A stretch of DNA of 64,000 nt from Trypanosoma brucei (lineage: Eukaryota), in contig CM000207.1 of assembly GCA_000002445.1 (NCBI GenBank), positions 1,504,001-1,568,000 of the forward strand, in the 5' to 3' direction. Positions within the stretch are counted from its first letter, which is position 1, and each line of letters begins with the position of its first letter. The notes beneath the pieces were generated by a model that saw only the letters and a program-made list of their open reading frames with translations, made no database searches and was not told where the DNA came from. Below are positions 1 through 11,665 of this stretch, in pieces. The position numbers and the translations under genes were made by a program.

Positions 1-626
1 GGTTGGAACGATCACCTTCAACAAATGTTAGAAAGGCCCCGAACCAGTTCCGCTCACTACATGATTATCGCATAAACGGCGATAAACGGCTTAACTACGG
101 AATCTAACCATATCGGTGTTCTTTTGTTGTTAAGAGTTTGGCAGCGCGGTATTTTTTTGCCACGGACATTTACCCTCTGCAATTGGAAAGGGAGGAGAGT
201 TTCGCCTCGGACACGACGACGAAGCGACAAGCAGCGACACGCGCGTAAGAAAAGGCAGCGAGAAACACGTAAACTTGATATTACATCTTACATGTGCTTC
301 GATCAGGTCCGAAACAACAGCAGCATCCTCAAAATCACAGTCACCACAATACTTCCCTACGAAACATCCAAGAATAACAAGGGAAAAACGAAGCAAATTT
401 GAAACTACCAACATTATCATACATATAATCTGTTTCCCTAACTTCGGATGCGCAGAGTAAGCATCTTCACTGACACCTGCAATAACACTCGGAGAACCAG
501 CATCAATGCAATAATATTGACAATAATTAAAATAATAACGGTGTAATAATATAATAGGGAAATAAACACAAAGAACGGAAGGTACGAGGGAGGGTGTCGA
601 AGAAAAATGTGCCACACGAGGCACCG

Positions 627-1691
627 TCACGAAAACATCTTCTTCAAACCGGAAGCCAACTTGGCTGTACGAGCCTTTTCGGCCTCTTTTGCTTGCTGCA
701 GCTTCGCAGCAACCTCTGTGTTTTGCGGGTCTAGTGCCTTCGCCTTCGAAAGGTCTGCGATTGCAGATTCAGGGTCACCTGACCCAAGGCAGGCAGTTCC
801 ACGTCGAAAAAGAGCCTTGACGTTTGACCCATCGATATCAAGAACCCGCGTGGCGGCATTGCGCGCATCCGACCACCTGCTTAGCTTCACTGCTGATGCT
901 GCCGCATTGTTGTGGCAAGCAATCAACATTTCATTAATAGTCCCCTCATTTGCCGAGGTTTTATTGACGGCTTTGAGATACCGAGTTACTTTCGCGTACT
1001 TCTCCATGGCGTTCTCGTAGTCGCCACCCTTGAACAGATTGTTTCCAATTTGCCGTATCTCTTCCCCTGCTCTCACGAGTTCCGCATCACTCAGTGCGGG
1101 AGAACAATCCTCCGGATAGTCCGGATATTTGTCCCCACCGACTTGCTCCACGGGATCGGGAAGTGATTCCATTACCCCACAATCAGCAATTACACAGGGT
1201 TGAAGAGGGGTGTCATTGGCACCTGTTTCAACGTACTCCAACGCGCGTACCGTGTTCATTCCGCGCACGACTTTTCCGAAAACTACATGCCGGCCAGTAA
1301 GATGGTGCGCAGGGTTTACAGTTATGAAAAATTGGGATCCATTGGTGTTTGGTCCCGCATTTGCCATGGCTAGTAAGCCGGCCTTATCACATGGCATATC
1401 AAAGTTCTCGTCGTCAAAACGCTCACCGTAAATGGATACCCCACCTGTGCCATTGTGCTTTGTAAAATCACCCCCCTGAATCATAAACCCGCCGATAATC
1501 CTGTGAAATGTACTACCCTTGTAAGTCATTGGTGTGTCCGTCCCTTCAACGACCTTCCCTTCGTTACCGGTACAAAGTGCCCGGAAGTTAGCACACGTCA
1601 AGGGAGTCACATCATCGAAAAGCTCCAACACAATCTTCTCTCGAAGCGGCTTCCCACCGATGGTTACTTGGAGCCAGCAGAACTTGCCCAT
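627..1691 (-). CDS. CYP40: Cyclophilin-40-type peptidyl-prolyl cis-trans isomerase (cyclophilin domain plus C-terminal TPR repeats)
   Basis: The 354-aa ORF starts with ATG. It carries the cyclophilin core motifs (FHRIIGGFMIQGGDF, GPNTNGSQFFIT, HVVFGKV). A ~150-aa TPR-like C-terminus follows (KALFRRGTACLGSGDPESAIADLSKAKALDP). Confidence 0.85.
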   Translation of the reverse strand: MGKFCWLQVTIGGKPLREKIVLELFDDVTPLTCANFRALCTGNEGKVVEGTDTPMTYKGSTFHRIIGGFMIQGGDFTKHNGTGGVSIYGERFDDENFDMPCDKAGLLAMANAGPNTNGSQFFITVNPAHHLTGRHVVFGKVVRGMNTVRALEYVETGANDTPLQPCVIADCGVMESLPDPVEQVGGDKYPDYPEDCSPALSDAELVRAGEEIRQIGNNLFKGGDYENAMEKYAKVTRYLKAVNKTSANEGTINEMLIACHNNAAASAVKLSRWSDARNAATRVLDIDGSNVKALFRRGTACLGSGDPESAIADLSKAKALDPQNTEVAAKLQQAKEAEKARTAKLASGLKKMFS

Positions 1692-2288
1692 ATGTTCGTG
1701 TGGTACGCGCCTTGATGCTCAACTTTTCCTTGCGTCGCGCAGAAAATAAAAAAAAAAACTACAACGCAAGAGGAATTAAGGTGATCCTAAAAAAACGCAT
1801 AAAGGGTGATGACTATCCAATCTTCGCGGAGCGTCCACACTTTTTGCCGCACCACTCTGAGCGCAGGTTAAGCATGAAATTTGGGCAGGGATAATCATTT
1901 GCAAACGTCTCCACTAGAACCCTGTAAAAACAACTTTTACCCCCTTTTGCTGCTGCTGTAGTCTACAGAAAAGTCGAAAAGCTGAACACCACGGAAACAC
2001 CTGATAAAACGCGTTACATTGTCTCTAAACATGAAATACCACCCCCTTTAATTGTTTACAGTCAGATTATTGGTGCGGACAGCACTAACGCTTTGTCACA
2101 ACCCTTTCCTGACCGCTCTGCTACACCGGGAGCAGCAACGCGCACTAGGCTGTCAGCACCTCCGTCCCTTTCTACACGCTCCCACACATCTATAGACAAA
2201 CTCTTCATTCTCTTTGCGCTGCTTCATTCCATGTCATGTTTGTTCTCTCCTCCTCCTGTAACCATCAACACGCCACAACATCTAAAAT

Positions 2289-2747
2289 CTAAAATACGTT
2301 AACTGTCATAATGGCATAGTATGTAAGGGAAGCCAAAAGAGCTGCGATAACCTCATATCCCACATCAGCCGCAAGCAGTGGCAAGGGGCGCTGGTGTTGA
2401 ATAGATAAGTGTTGGCTCACGCACGAGATCCCTGCAACAAGCAACGCCGCATTCTGGTAGTCATGTAGCGAATTTCCCTTGCATATGCCAACAATTGTGG
2501 CGATGAAGACGATGCGGAAGCACGCCGAAAGTAGAGTAACAATCCAGTGAACGTAGGGAGGGTATCTCTGCAGAATATGCTCCACTCGACGGACGCCCTT
2601 ATCGGCAGCAAGGTGATAGTCCACTATTGTTTTCACAATAAGTTTGTACCACAAGGCAGCAAAAGCGACCTGAACGACAGATGCAAACAGAACAATACAG
2701 GGATTAACCTCCTTGATGGACTGTATTAGGGTTGTTTGAAGCGACAT
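2289..2747 (-). CDS. hypothetical small multi-pass membrane protein (about 4 predicted TM helices)
   Basis: The 152-aa ORF starts with ATG on the same strand as all neighbouring genes. It has four hydrophobic segments of ~20 aa. I recognise no family. Confidence 0.4.
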   Translation of the reverse strand: MSLQTTLIQSIKEVNPCIVLFASVVQVAFAALWYKLIVKTIVDYHLAADKGVRRVEHILQRYPPYVHWIVTLLSACFRIVFIATIVGICKGNSLHDYQNAALLVAGISCVSQHLSIQHQRPLPLLAADVGYEVIAALLASLTYYAIMTVNVF

Positions 2748-3140
2748 TCTTTCCCAGTACCAAGCAGCTGTAGGGTAGGGACGCGTGCGCGCTACAAGTT
2801 TGTAGTTTGATTAATGATGCTGTCGCTTCACGGATTGAGAAACACACGATACGAAAACAGGATGAAATGCGGGCAGAGTGAAGCAACACAACAAGCGTGT
2901 AATGACGAAAAGCATTCTGGACAACCGAATTGGGAGGGGGCGTGATTGAACATTGAAATGAAAAAGTTTTGATGATAATGTGGTGGTTTGACCCACCAAG
3001 GCTATCGTACATAGTGCGGCACGCTCGTGAGTCTCTCACACGACACACTCACCCACATGCGTGTAAAATCTAAGGAACCCCTTGCCCCGCTCACGTGCAC
3101 ATCTCTTTCCTGTGGCAAACGTCAAGGCCGCCAAAAACTA

Positions 3141-4208
3141 CTACACATTATTCTTCTTTGCATCCGCGTCATTCATAACGGGTATCAGAGAAATAAGACG
3201 TTTCGCGAAACTTCTTTCCAGGTCAAACCAAAGCGTGAATTTATACAGTTCCCCTTCCCGTACGCACTGAGACGCCGAGGGATCATAACAAAGCTTCCCA
3301 TCTGGCAACAGATCACGGCTAATGAAATCTCTCTTTGACACAAAGAGCACATCCTTAAGCCGATCCTTTGACGCTTCGATGAGGGCCTCGTCAACAGACT
3401 CTTTGGCAACAGGTTGCTTGAAACGTAGCAACATGTCAATTGCACAACCCTTTGTTACCGGAACCTGAAAGGCGCTTCCGGTAATTCGCGACGAAAGAGT
3501 GGGCATCAGTTTGCAAAATGTAGTCATCCCAGTGTGCGCATACGGTGTTATACTATCCAACGTCACCCGGGTCTGCCGCCAGTCCTGCGAATTTGCTGAT
3601 CTGGCTGCATTGGGCTCTACCGGTTGGATGGCATGGATGGCTGTGTACGAGCAATCCTCCACGCCAAAACTCTCATGCAAAATGCGGATAAATGGGGCAA
3701 GAGCCACAGCGAGCGGAGCCCCAGAGCATATGATGGGTTGTATCTTCGAAAGATCAGAATCGTTTACCCCAGCAACGATTGCCGGCGCATCACCGCTCTG
3801 TCCGGCAACGAGGACACCACGCGCTCCAGAAGTCAAATGCCCCCAACAGCGGTCGCGTGTGGAAGTAAACCCAGTACATTCCACCACGTAACTCACACCG
3901 GCGTCGCGCCACGCAATATCCACAAGATCGTGCTTCTGCGTAACACGTATCCTTTCCGTTCCGCGGTAGAAAATGTACTCACCAACCACAGTAAGAGACG
4001 CCTTGTCTTCAGCAGAAAGCGGGCTCTCGTTCTGCAGCACATACAACACATAATTGATACTCACAGAGAAATCGTTTACGGCCACAACTGTTACTTGAGG
4101 CTCCGTCATTGATGCAAACAGAACGGCTCGCCCAACAGCTCCAAAGCCATTGATACCTATGGGTATAGGCAAGGGAACTTCACTTATCTTGCTCGTTTCC
4201 GCCTCCAT
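3141..4208 (-). CDS. divergent glyceraldehyde-3-phosphate dehydrogenase-like protein (possible pseudoenzyme)
   Basis: The 355-aa ORF starts with ATG. The N-terminal Rossmann motif GINGFGAVGRAVL matches GAPDH INGFGRIGR, and VAVND is present. C-terminal GAPDH-like blocks are present (HTGMTTFCKLMPTL vs TGAAKAVGKVLPEL; WFDLERSF vs WYDNEWGY). The active-site region reads IICSGAPLAVALAP instead of the canonical SCTTNCLAPLAKV. Confidence 0.7.
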   Translation of the reverse strand: MEAETSKISEVPLPIPIGINGFGAVGRAVLFASMTEPQVTVVAVNDFSVSINYVLYVLQNESPLSAEDKASLTVVGEYIFYRGTERIRVTQKHDLVDIAWRDAGVSYVVECTGFTSTRDRCWGHLTSGARGVLVAGQSGDAPAIVAGVNDSDLSKIQPIICSGAPLAVALAPFIRILHESFGVEDCSYTAIHAIQPVEPNAARSANSQDWRQTRVTLDSITPYAHTGMTTFCKLMPTLSSRITGSAFQVPVTKGCAIDMLLRFKQPVAKESVDEALIEASKDRLKDVLFVSKRDFISRDLLPDGKLCYDPSASQCVREGELYKFTLWFDLERSFAKRLISLIPVMNDADAKKNNV

Positions 4209-5796
4209 CAGTATACCTTCGGGCGGTTCCGTACGGCTTCCCTGTTTGTGCTTCCGGCTTCAGTTGGGACAGATAGGAAAGAAAAATACAACTAACAATG
4301 TAGAGGTAGAACCCGCAATGAAAGGAATGGTGCCAAGAAAAAAAAACAAATCTACATATCGGCGGTCGCTGCATTCACATCACAGCACATGCATCTAATG
4401 TGGTGTCCGTTCCAGATGGAGGCCACTTAAAATGCACTCCGATTACCGAGTCCAATACACAGATTAGAATAATGCAAAATAAAACGTCCTGTTCCCGTTA
4501 GTTGGTTAAGCAAAAAAAATTTTTAACATCTGACCTTTCAGTTCGCGAATGGAAAGAGACGACCTATAAAAGTACAGTCTAGTTTACCTTGTGACGCACA
4601 GTGATCAGTGCAGAACGAGCACAAGTTTCACGTTATCCGCCGTGTCGCTTAACTGCTTAACCCCATTTATATAGAGAGTTCTTCATAATTCAACCTATTT
4701 GCATGGGAAACATGGGTTCGCGTAAGGGCCCCGACCATTATTGTCCATGCTTCTCCGATTGTACAAACACAACTGCATCCAAGTACAACCAGTTACAAGC
4801 AACTGGGACTTGTAGCCGTTTGGTCGCGGATTCTTTTCGCATATAAACATCGCGAAAGTTGCAGTAAATCGGACAAAACGACTACACGCACGTATATGTT
4901 GATTCCTATTATAATTACCACACTTGCCGATACGACTTAACTGGAGTCAGTTTGACATTCCTTGAATTCTATTTGGAGAATACGCTTTCCTGAACCGATA
5001 ATAAGACGCGGAAGTACACGCCCGTCAACGTCACAGACGGCACAAATTCTGTCTTGCTCTATATGCACCTCGGCTGCCGTCAAGAAAACTTATCGACAAC
5101 AACAGTAGAAGGACTTACACTTTCCTTGCACTGCCATGATCGGTTATGTGTCTGCAGCAAATGCTTAGCTGTTCCTAACATGGCGCACCCTTTCAACACC
5201 AACTCTTTGGTTTACCCGTTTTTAAAAAAGGAAAAAAATCATGTTTCAATGAGCGGTGTTATCTGTACAATTCTCTGACCCAGGTAGCGATACCTCCGTT
5301 TCCTGAACCACACGCGTTTCACAACTGCATTATCTCCTCCACATGGGGACTCTGAAATGCTCTTCGCGAGGCCGTGTCCCAAGAGAACTGGTGGCCCTCT
5401 CTCTCTCTTTCTCAAAGCTGTTTGCGATGCGTGGATCACTGCCCTATGGGTGTTCTCACACCAGTAAGCCTATGTACCCCGAAAGTCCCATGCCCTTCGT
5501 CGACGACGAATGCAGTGCGGGGGTTTGAATTTTAAAAGATAAAAGAGATCCCGCAGAGGAGATTAAGTCAATTCAAAACAAGAATGGAAATGAGGCTCAA
5601 CAAAATAAGCTACGCGATCCTCATCTATAGAAAAAAAAATCTGTATCCTACCAGGACGAGCCTTCCTGTGCACCAATAGGGACTGGGAATAAAGAAGTTA
5701 AACAGTTTCACTTTTTCGTTTTCGCTGCGCAAATGCTTGTATGTCTGTGACTTCAACGTGAATGCGTTTAGGGAAAAACAGATGTTTTACCACCCC

Positions 5797-6213
5797 CTAT
5801 TCTATAAATTTGTTGTATTCATCGGCAGTCATAAGCCCCTTTGGTATCTCGTCACACTTAACCTTGACAAGCCAGCCATCGGCCTCCGCGGAGCGATTAA
5901 TCAGCGACGGCTCATCCTTTACTTTCTCGTTAACCGCATGCACGACACCGGTGACAGGACAGTAAACATTGCTTGTAGCCTTCACACTCTCCACCTCTCC
6001 CAGCATATCTCGCTCTGTTATTTTATCACCAACATTTGGCAATGCGACGTAAACAACGTCACCAAGGTTCTCCTGCGCATGCGCCGTTATACCAATGGTC
6101 GCAATGCCGTCGCCATGCTCTACCCATTCGTGGCTATCCGTGAAGAAACGGGTGGTGTAAAAGCGAATAGTGGCCGCCACGGTGGCTGCTGGACAAAACA
6201 GTGCGCGACGCAT
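5797..6213 (-). CDS. GCVH: glycine cleavage system H protein (lipoyl carrier), mitochondrial
   Basis: The 138-aa ORF starts with ATG. It has the H-protein signature HEWV and the lipoyl-lysine motif in LGEVESVKATSNVYCPVTG. The N-terminus is R/T-rich, like a mitochondrial presequence. Confidence 0.85.
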   Translation of the reverse strand: MRRALFCPAATVAATIRFYTTRFFTDSHEWVEHGDGIATIGITAHAQENLGDVVYVALPNVGDKITERDMLGEVESVKATSNVYCPVTGVVHAVNEKVKDEPSLINRSAEADGWLVKVKCDEIPKGLMTADEYNKFIE

Positions 6214-7507
6214 TGCTTAATGTCCCTCTTTTTCTCTGTTGTTCCTTTTTGTGTTATACACTACCTGCCAAACAGTGTGGGTAATACAAAAGGAAACAAT
6301 AACCATTTTACCGAGACAGGAAAATAATTCCACAAATAAGGACGATCAAAACTATTACTTTCCATTTAAAGCTGACCGCTTCTGCGGAACATTGCTGAAA
6401 ATGGTCTGAGAAAAAATGAATAAACCGTCGAAAAATGGGCCTGTACAGCTCCAAATCTTCTCATCGCGCAAGTCAACACAGCTCCCCTTGGTTGGGTAAG
6501 TTTCACCGTTCAAAGAAAAAAAAATGGGCTAAACATGGTGAACGATACCACATACGAAAATGAACTTCCGTACGTCCTCTCACTATATCGATCAGTAGTC
6601 ACTATAAAGAGCAGCTGTGAAAGTTGTCTCACACTTTCCTTCGGCCATCCATAGAAGATGAACAGTTTTTTTTTTAAAAAAAAAAGCGATGTCCTACGAT
6701 GTGTTCCCCACCAAAATATTACAGGTATTGGCTTATGTTTCCTTCGTCTAATATACCATCGACCACTTTCACCTCTTCGTCGTGCAGATAGTATCCTCCT
6801 CTAATACGCCACCACCAGGTGCTGCACCCATCATGAATTCCTCAAACGGTCAACAACTGCGTTGGAAGCTGTTGCAGTGGGTTTAACTTGGTGAATATCA
6901 GTGTACAAAATTTGTATTTTGATCCAGTTATACCTTAGTTTAGTACAAGGAGCACGCGTCTACGTTGGGCAGGAAAGCGGTCGCCGATACTTCGACACGA
7001 GACGTACTGCCATCGATTCTTCTGCCTAAAGAAGTTTTTTTTTGTAAATTCATCCTCTCGTCACAATCGCTGGGATGTGTTGCAAGCACGCAACTCATTT
7101 CTCCTCCGAGCAGATGCCACCATCTACCCTTAATTGGGCACGCAGTCCGCAGGTCCAAATATGTTTAGGCAATTAGCATCCAGCACGTGATCGGCAGTAT
7201 CCAACACGATCTAGGACATTTACCTACATACTGTCGCTTACTAGGGTTTACCAGATCGACAATAATAAGAAAAACTGAAATTACACAATTTCAAAGGAGG
7301 AAAACATGCTTTGAAACGTTTATTTACCGCGGAGTGGAGACGATCAAGTGCACTGGAACTGAAGGCGTCGTGGAAAATAGTACCTGCATATGTGTATGCG
7401 CAAACCCACATACACAGAGAGAAAGGTGCTAATAGTAATAATAATTAAAGGAAAAAACAACCCCTCACCAGCAAGGTGGCAAACACGCAGCACGTAAAAG
7501 CGATACC

Positions 7508-9670
7508 TCACAAGTCTCCCTTGACAGCATCGTCGCTGCCACTTGTGGTGTTCGTTGTATTCTTGTTTTTACCGCTATTCTTAACAAGTTCCTTCAAAGT
7601 GGCAAGTTTATTTTCATATTCTTCTTTACTACATGATTCATTGCTTCCATCGCCATCCTCCAGCCACTCCTGCGCTTCCGCTAATGCATTCTTCAATGAG
7701 TTTACTTCTTCTGGAGTATAGGGTTCTAACGCTGTTGTATTCTCCAAAATGCCCTCCGTCTTTGCCCAGAAAAGATATGTTTCCAAATTATTCTTTGCAG
7801 TTGCTGCCTCATGCTTCTTTCTTTCCTTTTCCAGTAACTGAAATATTTTAACCCTTGAGTTATTCAAAAGCTCATAAGATAGTGGCTCTGGGTTAGTAAA
7901 GGTAACCCTTGCCGATAGTCTAGCTGATTTTCGTTTCATCTCAACTACATATCCGCTTTCGTTGGAACTATTAGAATCGGCCTGTACCCCGGTAGTTTTT
8001 GTGCTCGAAGAAACATTCACAGCATAGCGGTAAAAAACGCCTGCCTCCTCAACTTCTAAAAGGCCAGATTCATTGAAACGAACCTGAATGCGAATAATGT
8101 GGCTGTTGTTTGTGTGGTTAAGTTTGGGTTGAAAGAACCCAAGCCTTTCCAATGCCCCTTTCACACCAGTGATATTAACGTTCCCGATACGCGCATCTGA
8201 ATCGAAGAGTTGAATTGAAAAATCATCAGTGCGATTCACAGTTATGCTCCATCTTGACCCAATGATGGGGTTGTTGGCGAGCATTCTCTTTGAGTTCGAA
8301 GAGTTCTTCACCTCTGGACTGACTGCGAATAAAAACGTGTATGGGACGCGCTCAATTATCCGGAATGAGTGGGGGCGATAATGTGGAGACAGCCGAAGAG
8401 CATAATATGCAGCACCCATTGCGGCAGCTTCGTCTGAATTTAAAGTTCTATTCACCTCCTTCCCCCAAAAGGTGGATAGGTCACTTATTATTTTTGGAGT
8501 TCGTGAAGCGCCACCCATCATTTCAAAGGCATCAATGTCCTTCAAAGTCAGAGATGACTTCGTCACAGCTTCCTGAGCTACACGAGGAAATCGTTTGAGC
8601 AACTCGGAGCAGTTTGTTTCGAATTCTTTTCTTGAAACCTCTGTGCTAAAATCTCTATCGGGGGCAATACCTTCAACCGTGACTGGAGTCTTGCTATTAA
8701 CAGAAAGAACCTCCCTAGCCCTCTTAGCTGCCCGAAATAAAGAAAACTGAGCCTTTCTCTGAGAAACCGTTGATCCACCCAGTACCGGCGAAATCTTCAT
8801 TTTAGAAATAGCCTCTGCTTCGATACCCTTTGCAATGCATGAATCCAGTGCTCTACCGCCTAAGGTTGCATCAGAAACTATACCCATCGTTGTTAGTGTT
8901 CCAAAACTCTCGACGTTTTTCGTCCTCTTCCCCTGTTCTTGAACTGGTGGAGAAAATTTATATACACCAACTTCTGTGTGTGTGCTACCGATGTCGTAAA
9001 CAAGGAGATGAACGGTCCTGTTCCCGAATCCTCTGCGACGCACACCGTAATATAAGGCCGTGGCAGTGGTACTGTGCAACAAACCCAACGTATTAATATG
9101 GACCAAGCGCGCAGCTTCCAAAATAGTTTGTCTCCTCCCCAGCGATGAATGAAAAGGTAAGGTGATAACCACATTTTGGGGGTTTGGCACACCGGCTTTT
9201 TCAGAGATACTTCGGCAGTAGTTTAGCATCATGGCATAAATTTCCTCAGCCGTGTATGTGTCATTATTGTCTTCAAATCTGAATCCAACCGTACCCCGTT
9301 CCTCCGGATGTGGGTCGAATTCACATTGAAGTTTTTTGAAGTTCGCAAAGTCAGACGAATTGTAAGTAATACCAACCAGGTGATTGATCATCGCTATCAT
9401 ATTGGTAGGGAAGCGAGCCGCCAGAGACTTTGCTTGAGCACCTATTGATCTCTCTCCATTCCTGAAACCAATATAATTGTCTGTCTTTCGATGGGACTGC
9501 TCGTTTAAAATTATGTCAACGTTTACTCCATTTATAGGGCCTGCGACCTCAATGTAATCTGAGCCAAAGTCAACCCCTATAACATTAGCAGAAGTTACAT
9601 CGTATCCGAAAGCTGCGGTTAAAAGAAAGGCCACAAGCATCCGCCTGATTTCATTTGCAAGCACTCTCAT
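7508..9670 (-). CDS. GRP170: ER-luminal HSP70-superfamily chaperone, GRP170/Lhs1-like
   Basis: The ORF track starts at a GTG (9676); the first ATG gives MRVLANEIRRMLVAFLLTAAFG, a signal peptide. It is followed by the HSP70 ATPase N-terminal motif IGVDFGSDYIEVAG (cf. IGIDLGTT). At ~720 aa it has the long substrate-binding insertions typical of the Hsp110/Grp170 class. The C-terminus ends ...KGDL, an xDL ER-retention-like tail. Confidence 0.65.
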   Translation of the reverse strand: MRVLANEIRRMLVAFLLTAAFGYDVTSANVIGVDFGSDYIEVAGPINGVNVDIILNEQSHRKTDNYIGFRNGERSIGAQAKSLAARFPTNMIAMINHLVGITYNSSDFANFKKLQCEFDPHPEERGTVGFRFEDNNDTYTAEEIYAMMLNYCRSISEKAGVPNPQNVVITLPFHSSLGRRQTILEAARLVHINTLGLLHSTTATALYYGVRRRGFGNRTVHLLVYDIGSTHTEVGVYKFSPPVQEQGKRTKNVESFGTLTTMGIVSDATLGGRALDSCIAKGIEAEAISKMKISPVLGGSTVSQRKAQFSLFRAAKRAREVLSVNSKTPVTVEGIAPDRDFSTEVSRKEFETNCSELLKRFPRVAQEAVTKSSLTLKDIDAFEMMGGASRTPKIISDLSTFWGKEVNRTLNSDEAAAMGAAYYALRLSPHYRPHSFRIIERVPYTFLFAVSPEVKNSSNSKRMLANNPIIGSRWSITVNRTDDFSIQLFDSDARIGNVNITGVKGALERLGFFQPKLNHTNNSHIIRIQVRFNESGLLEVEEAGVFYRYAVNVSSSTKTTGVQADSNSSNESGYVVEMKRKSARLSARVTFTNPEPLSYELLNNSRVKIFQLLEKERKKHEAATAKNNLETYLFWAKTEGILENTTALEPYTPEEVNSLKNALAEAQEWLEDGDGSNESCSKEEYENKLATLKELVKNSGKNKNTTNTTSGSDDAVKGDL

Positions 9671-10216
9671 AGCCACACTTGGACCTTATTGGAAAAGCGG
9701 TGGGAAAATAGAAACACTTTAAGGGAAGTTGTCCCGCAACTGTTAAACCAGAAGGAAAAGGTAAGTACTCCCAATACTGGTTCTGACATTATTGTCTCCT
9801 TTCCCCTCTGAGACAAATGCACGTACCCATGAGTATTGCTCTGCATCGTACAGGACCATAATATATGCATATATATACACAGTTATGAACTCGTCACTAT
9901 AAAAGAAACCCCCCGTTGCAGCACATATGAAACAATATGCAGACGTAAATAAGTATATATATACGTCCCCCCCCCAAAAAAAAAACACCAGTAGACCGTA
10001 GTGGTTATGGTGCAAAAAAGAGCACATTGACGCTCTACAGACAAATTATCTACAAAAGATCTCTATACCCAAAACATTTAATATTTTTTTAATTTCTTCT
10101 TTGCAAAAACAGAAAAAAAGCTGAGTGAACGGGACAAATTACCACGCATAGGATAGTAAGAGGATAAATAAATGAGACGGAAAAAACGGAGAACGAACCG
10201 ATAAAAAAAATCCTCT

Positions 10217-11665
10217 TCATCTCCTCTGCGTAGCACACCGCGGGGCAATGGGGGCTTTCTTTGATGATGTCATGACTTTGCGCCCCTTTGTTCGAGCATC
10301 CACTATTTTTTGCCACACAGACGTATAGATCTGTTTGGCGCCTTTCTCGCTTATTTTCGCATGAGATTCCATTATGCGACGGATGAACTCTGCCTCAGGA
10401 ATATGAACAAGGGTACGACCATCTCCTTCAGGAAGAATATATTCTGGGTTGGTAATCCGACCTCTCGAGCACCGACATATAAATGCCAACGCTTGCTCCC
10501 TGTCAAACCCATTTGGATCGTCGGGGTCATCAGCAACAATACGTGCTGGAACGGTTACCGCAAGCAAGGAGGCGTACCTCAATGTGTTTATTGTATGTCT
10601 AGAATCTCTCAACAGAGGAGAAACACATGCTATTACTACCGTCTTCGTTGGTCTCTTCACAGCAATTTCAAAACAATCACGCAGTAATAGTGTTAAAGGC
10701 GATCTTCTAAATGGTATATGCAGGTGACTGGTGCTTGTCGCTGCCATTGCTCGCGCCCGGATGCATTCTTTCAGCGTCATAAGTGAGGTGTTGATGAACT
10801 TTGCTTCCATTTGTCTTTCCTTATCATGTGTAGCGCTGTCCGCTGTGTTCTCACTTCCGGCAAGATCCACAATAAATAACTCCCCTGGTTTAACCCACGT
10901 GCTGTTCTTACAAATTATTTGTATGCAGGTAACCATGTGGCTGCGGGAAGAGACTTCATTTCTCCCTGTTGCCTTTGTCATCCTCTGGGATGCCGCCTCT
11001 TGGAACACAGCTAATAACATTTCATCATTAGAACATTCAAAACCATCTGTTCCACGGATCTTCAACTCACCAGATATATCCTCAACTACCTGAACCTCTG
11101 AACCGGTCAGGAGATCAATATTTTTGTTTGCTTGTATCTCAATAACTGTAATGAAAATGTTATGTGAAGCAAAGTAAGGAGCCAGATCCCTTGACATAAG
11201 GCCAACAATACCCAACGTCGTATGCGTCTTACCACTCCCTGTTTGTCCATAGCACAAAACACAGGTCGAGGCACCCTCAACCGACAAGTGAACGAGAGGT
11301 GCACATGACTCCATGTATACGCGTTCGGTGTCATCCCCTCCGCAAAAAACTCCGTCGAGAGTTACGCTGTGTGGCTCGATTGTGCACTGTCCAGCTAGTG
11401 AAATTTTGGGGGACATTACAACAGGATCGCGATACCCGTCCACTTTACGAATGATACTTTTGCTATTCATGTCTTCTTGGTCGAAAGGTATAATTGGACG
11501 ACATCGGACAAATATTCTAGAGTCCTGAGAAGTGAAAAGTTCTTTAGGGTCCATAGACGGGCGGAGCTTCTTCTTGACAACCTCAGGCACCTCGGAGGTG
11601 TTGAGCAAGCGTTGAAACTCGGCACATTTGGTACCAAGTTCAGCCACTAACGGTATGTTGGGCAT
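10217..11665 (-). CDS. kinesin-13 family motor protein (MCAK-like microtubule depolymerase)
   Basis: The 482-aa ORF starts with ATG. Motor motifs are present: P-loop GQTGSGKTHT, switch I SSRSH, switch II VDLAGSE. The kinesin-13 signature LKECIRA and FRRSPLTLLLRDCF are also present. Confidence 0.8.
   Translation of the reverse strand: MPNIPLVAELGTKCAEFQRLLNTSEVPEVVKKKLRPSMDPKELFTSQDSRIFVRCRPIIPFDQEDMNSKSIIRKVDGYRDPVVMSPKISLAGQCTIEPHSVTLDGVFCGGDDTERVYMESCAPLVHLSVEGASTCVLCYGQTGSGKTHTTLGIVGLMSRDLAPYFASHNIFITVIEIQANKNIDLLTGSEVQVVEDISGELKIRGTDGFECSNDEMLLAVFQEAASQRMTKATGRNEVSSRSHMVTCIQIICKNSTWVKPGELFIVDLAGSENTADSATHDKERQMEAKFINTSLMTLKECIRARAMAATSTSHLHIPFRRSPLTLLLRDCFEIAVKRPTKTVVIACVSPLLRDSRHTINTLRYASLLAVTVPARIVADDPDDPNGFDREQALAFICRCSRGRITNPEYILPEGDGRTLVHIPEAEFIRRIMESHAKISEKGAKQIYTSVWQKIVDARTKGRKVMTSSKKAPIAPRCATQRR

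Noticed and set aside
130-630. 166-aa minus-strand ORF downstream of cyclophilin-40
   Set aside because: Low-complexity Y/C/L-rich translation with no motif. It overlaps the 3' end region of the CYP40 gene and is most likely 3'UTR.
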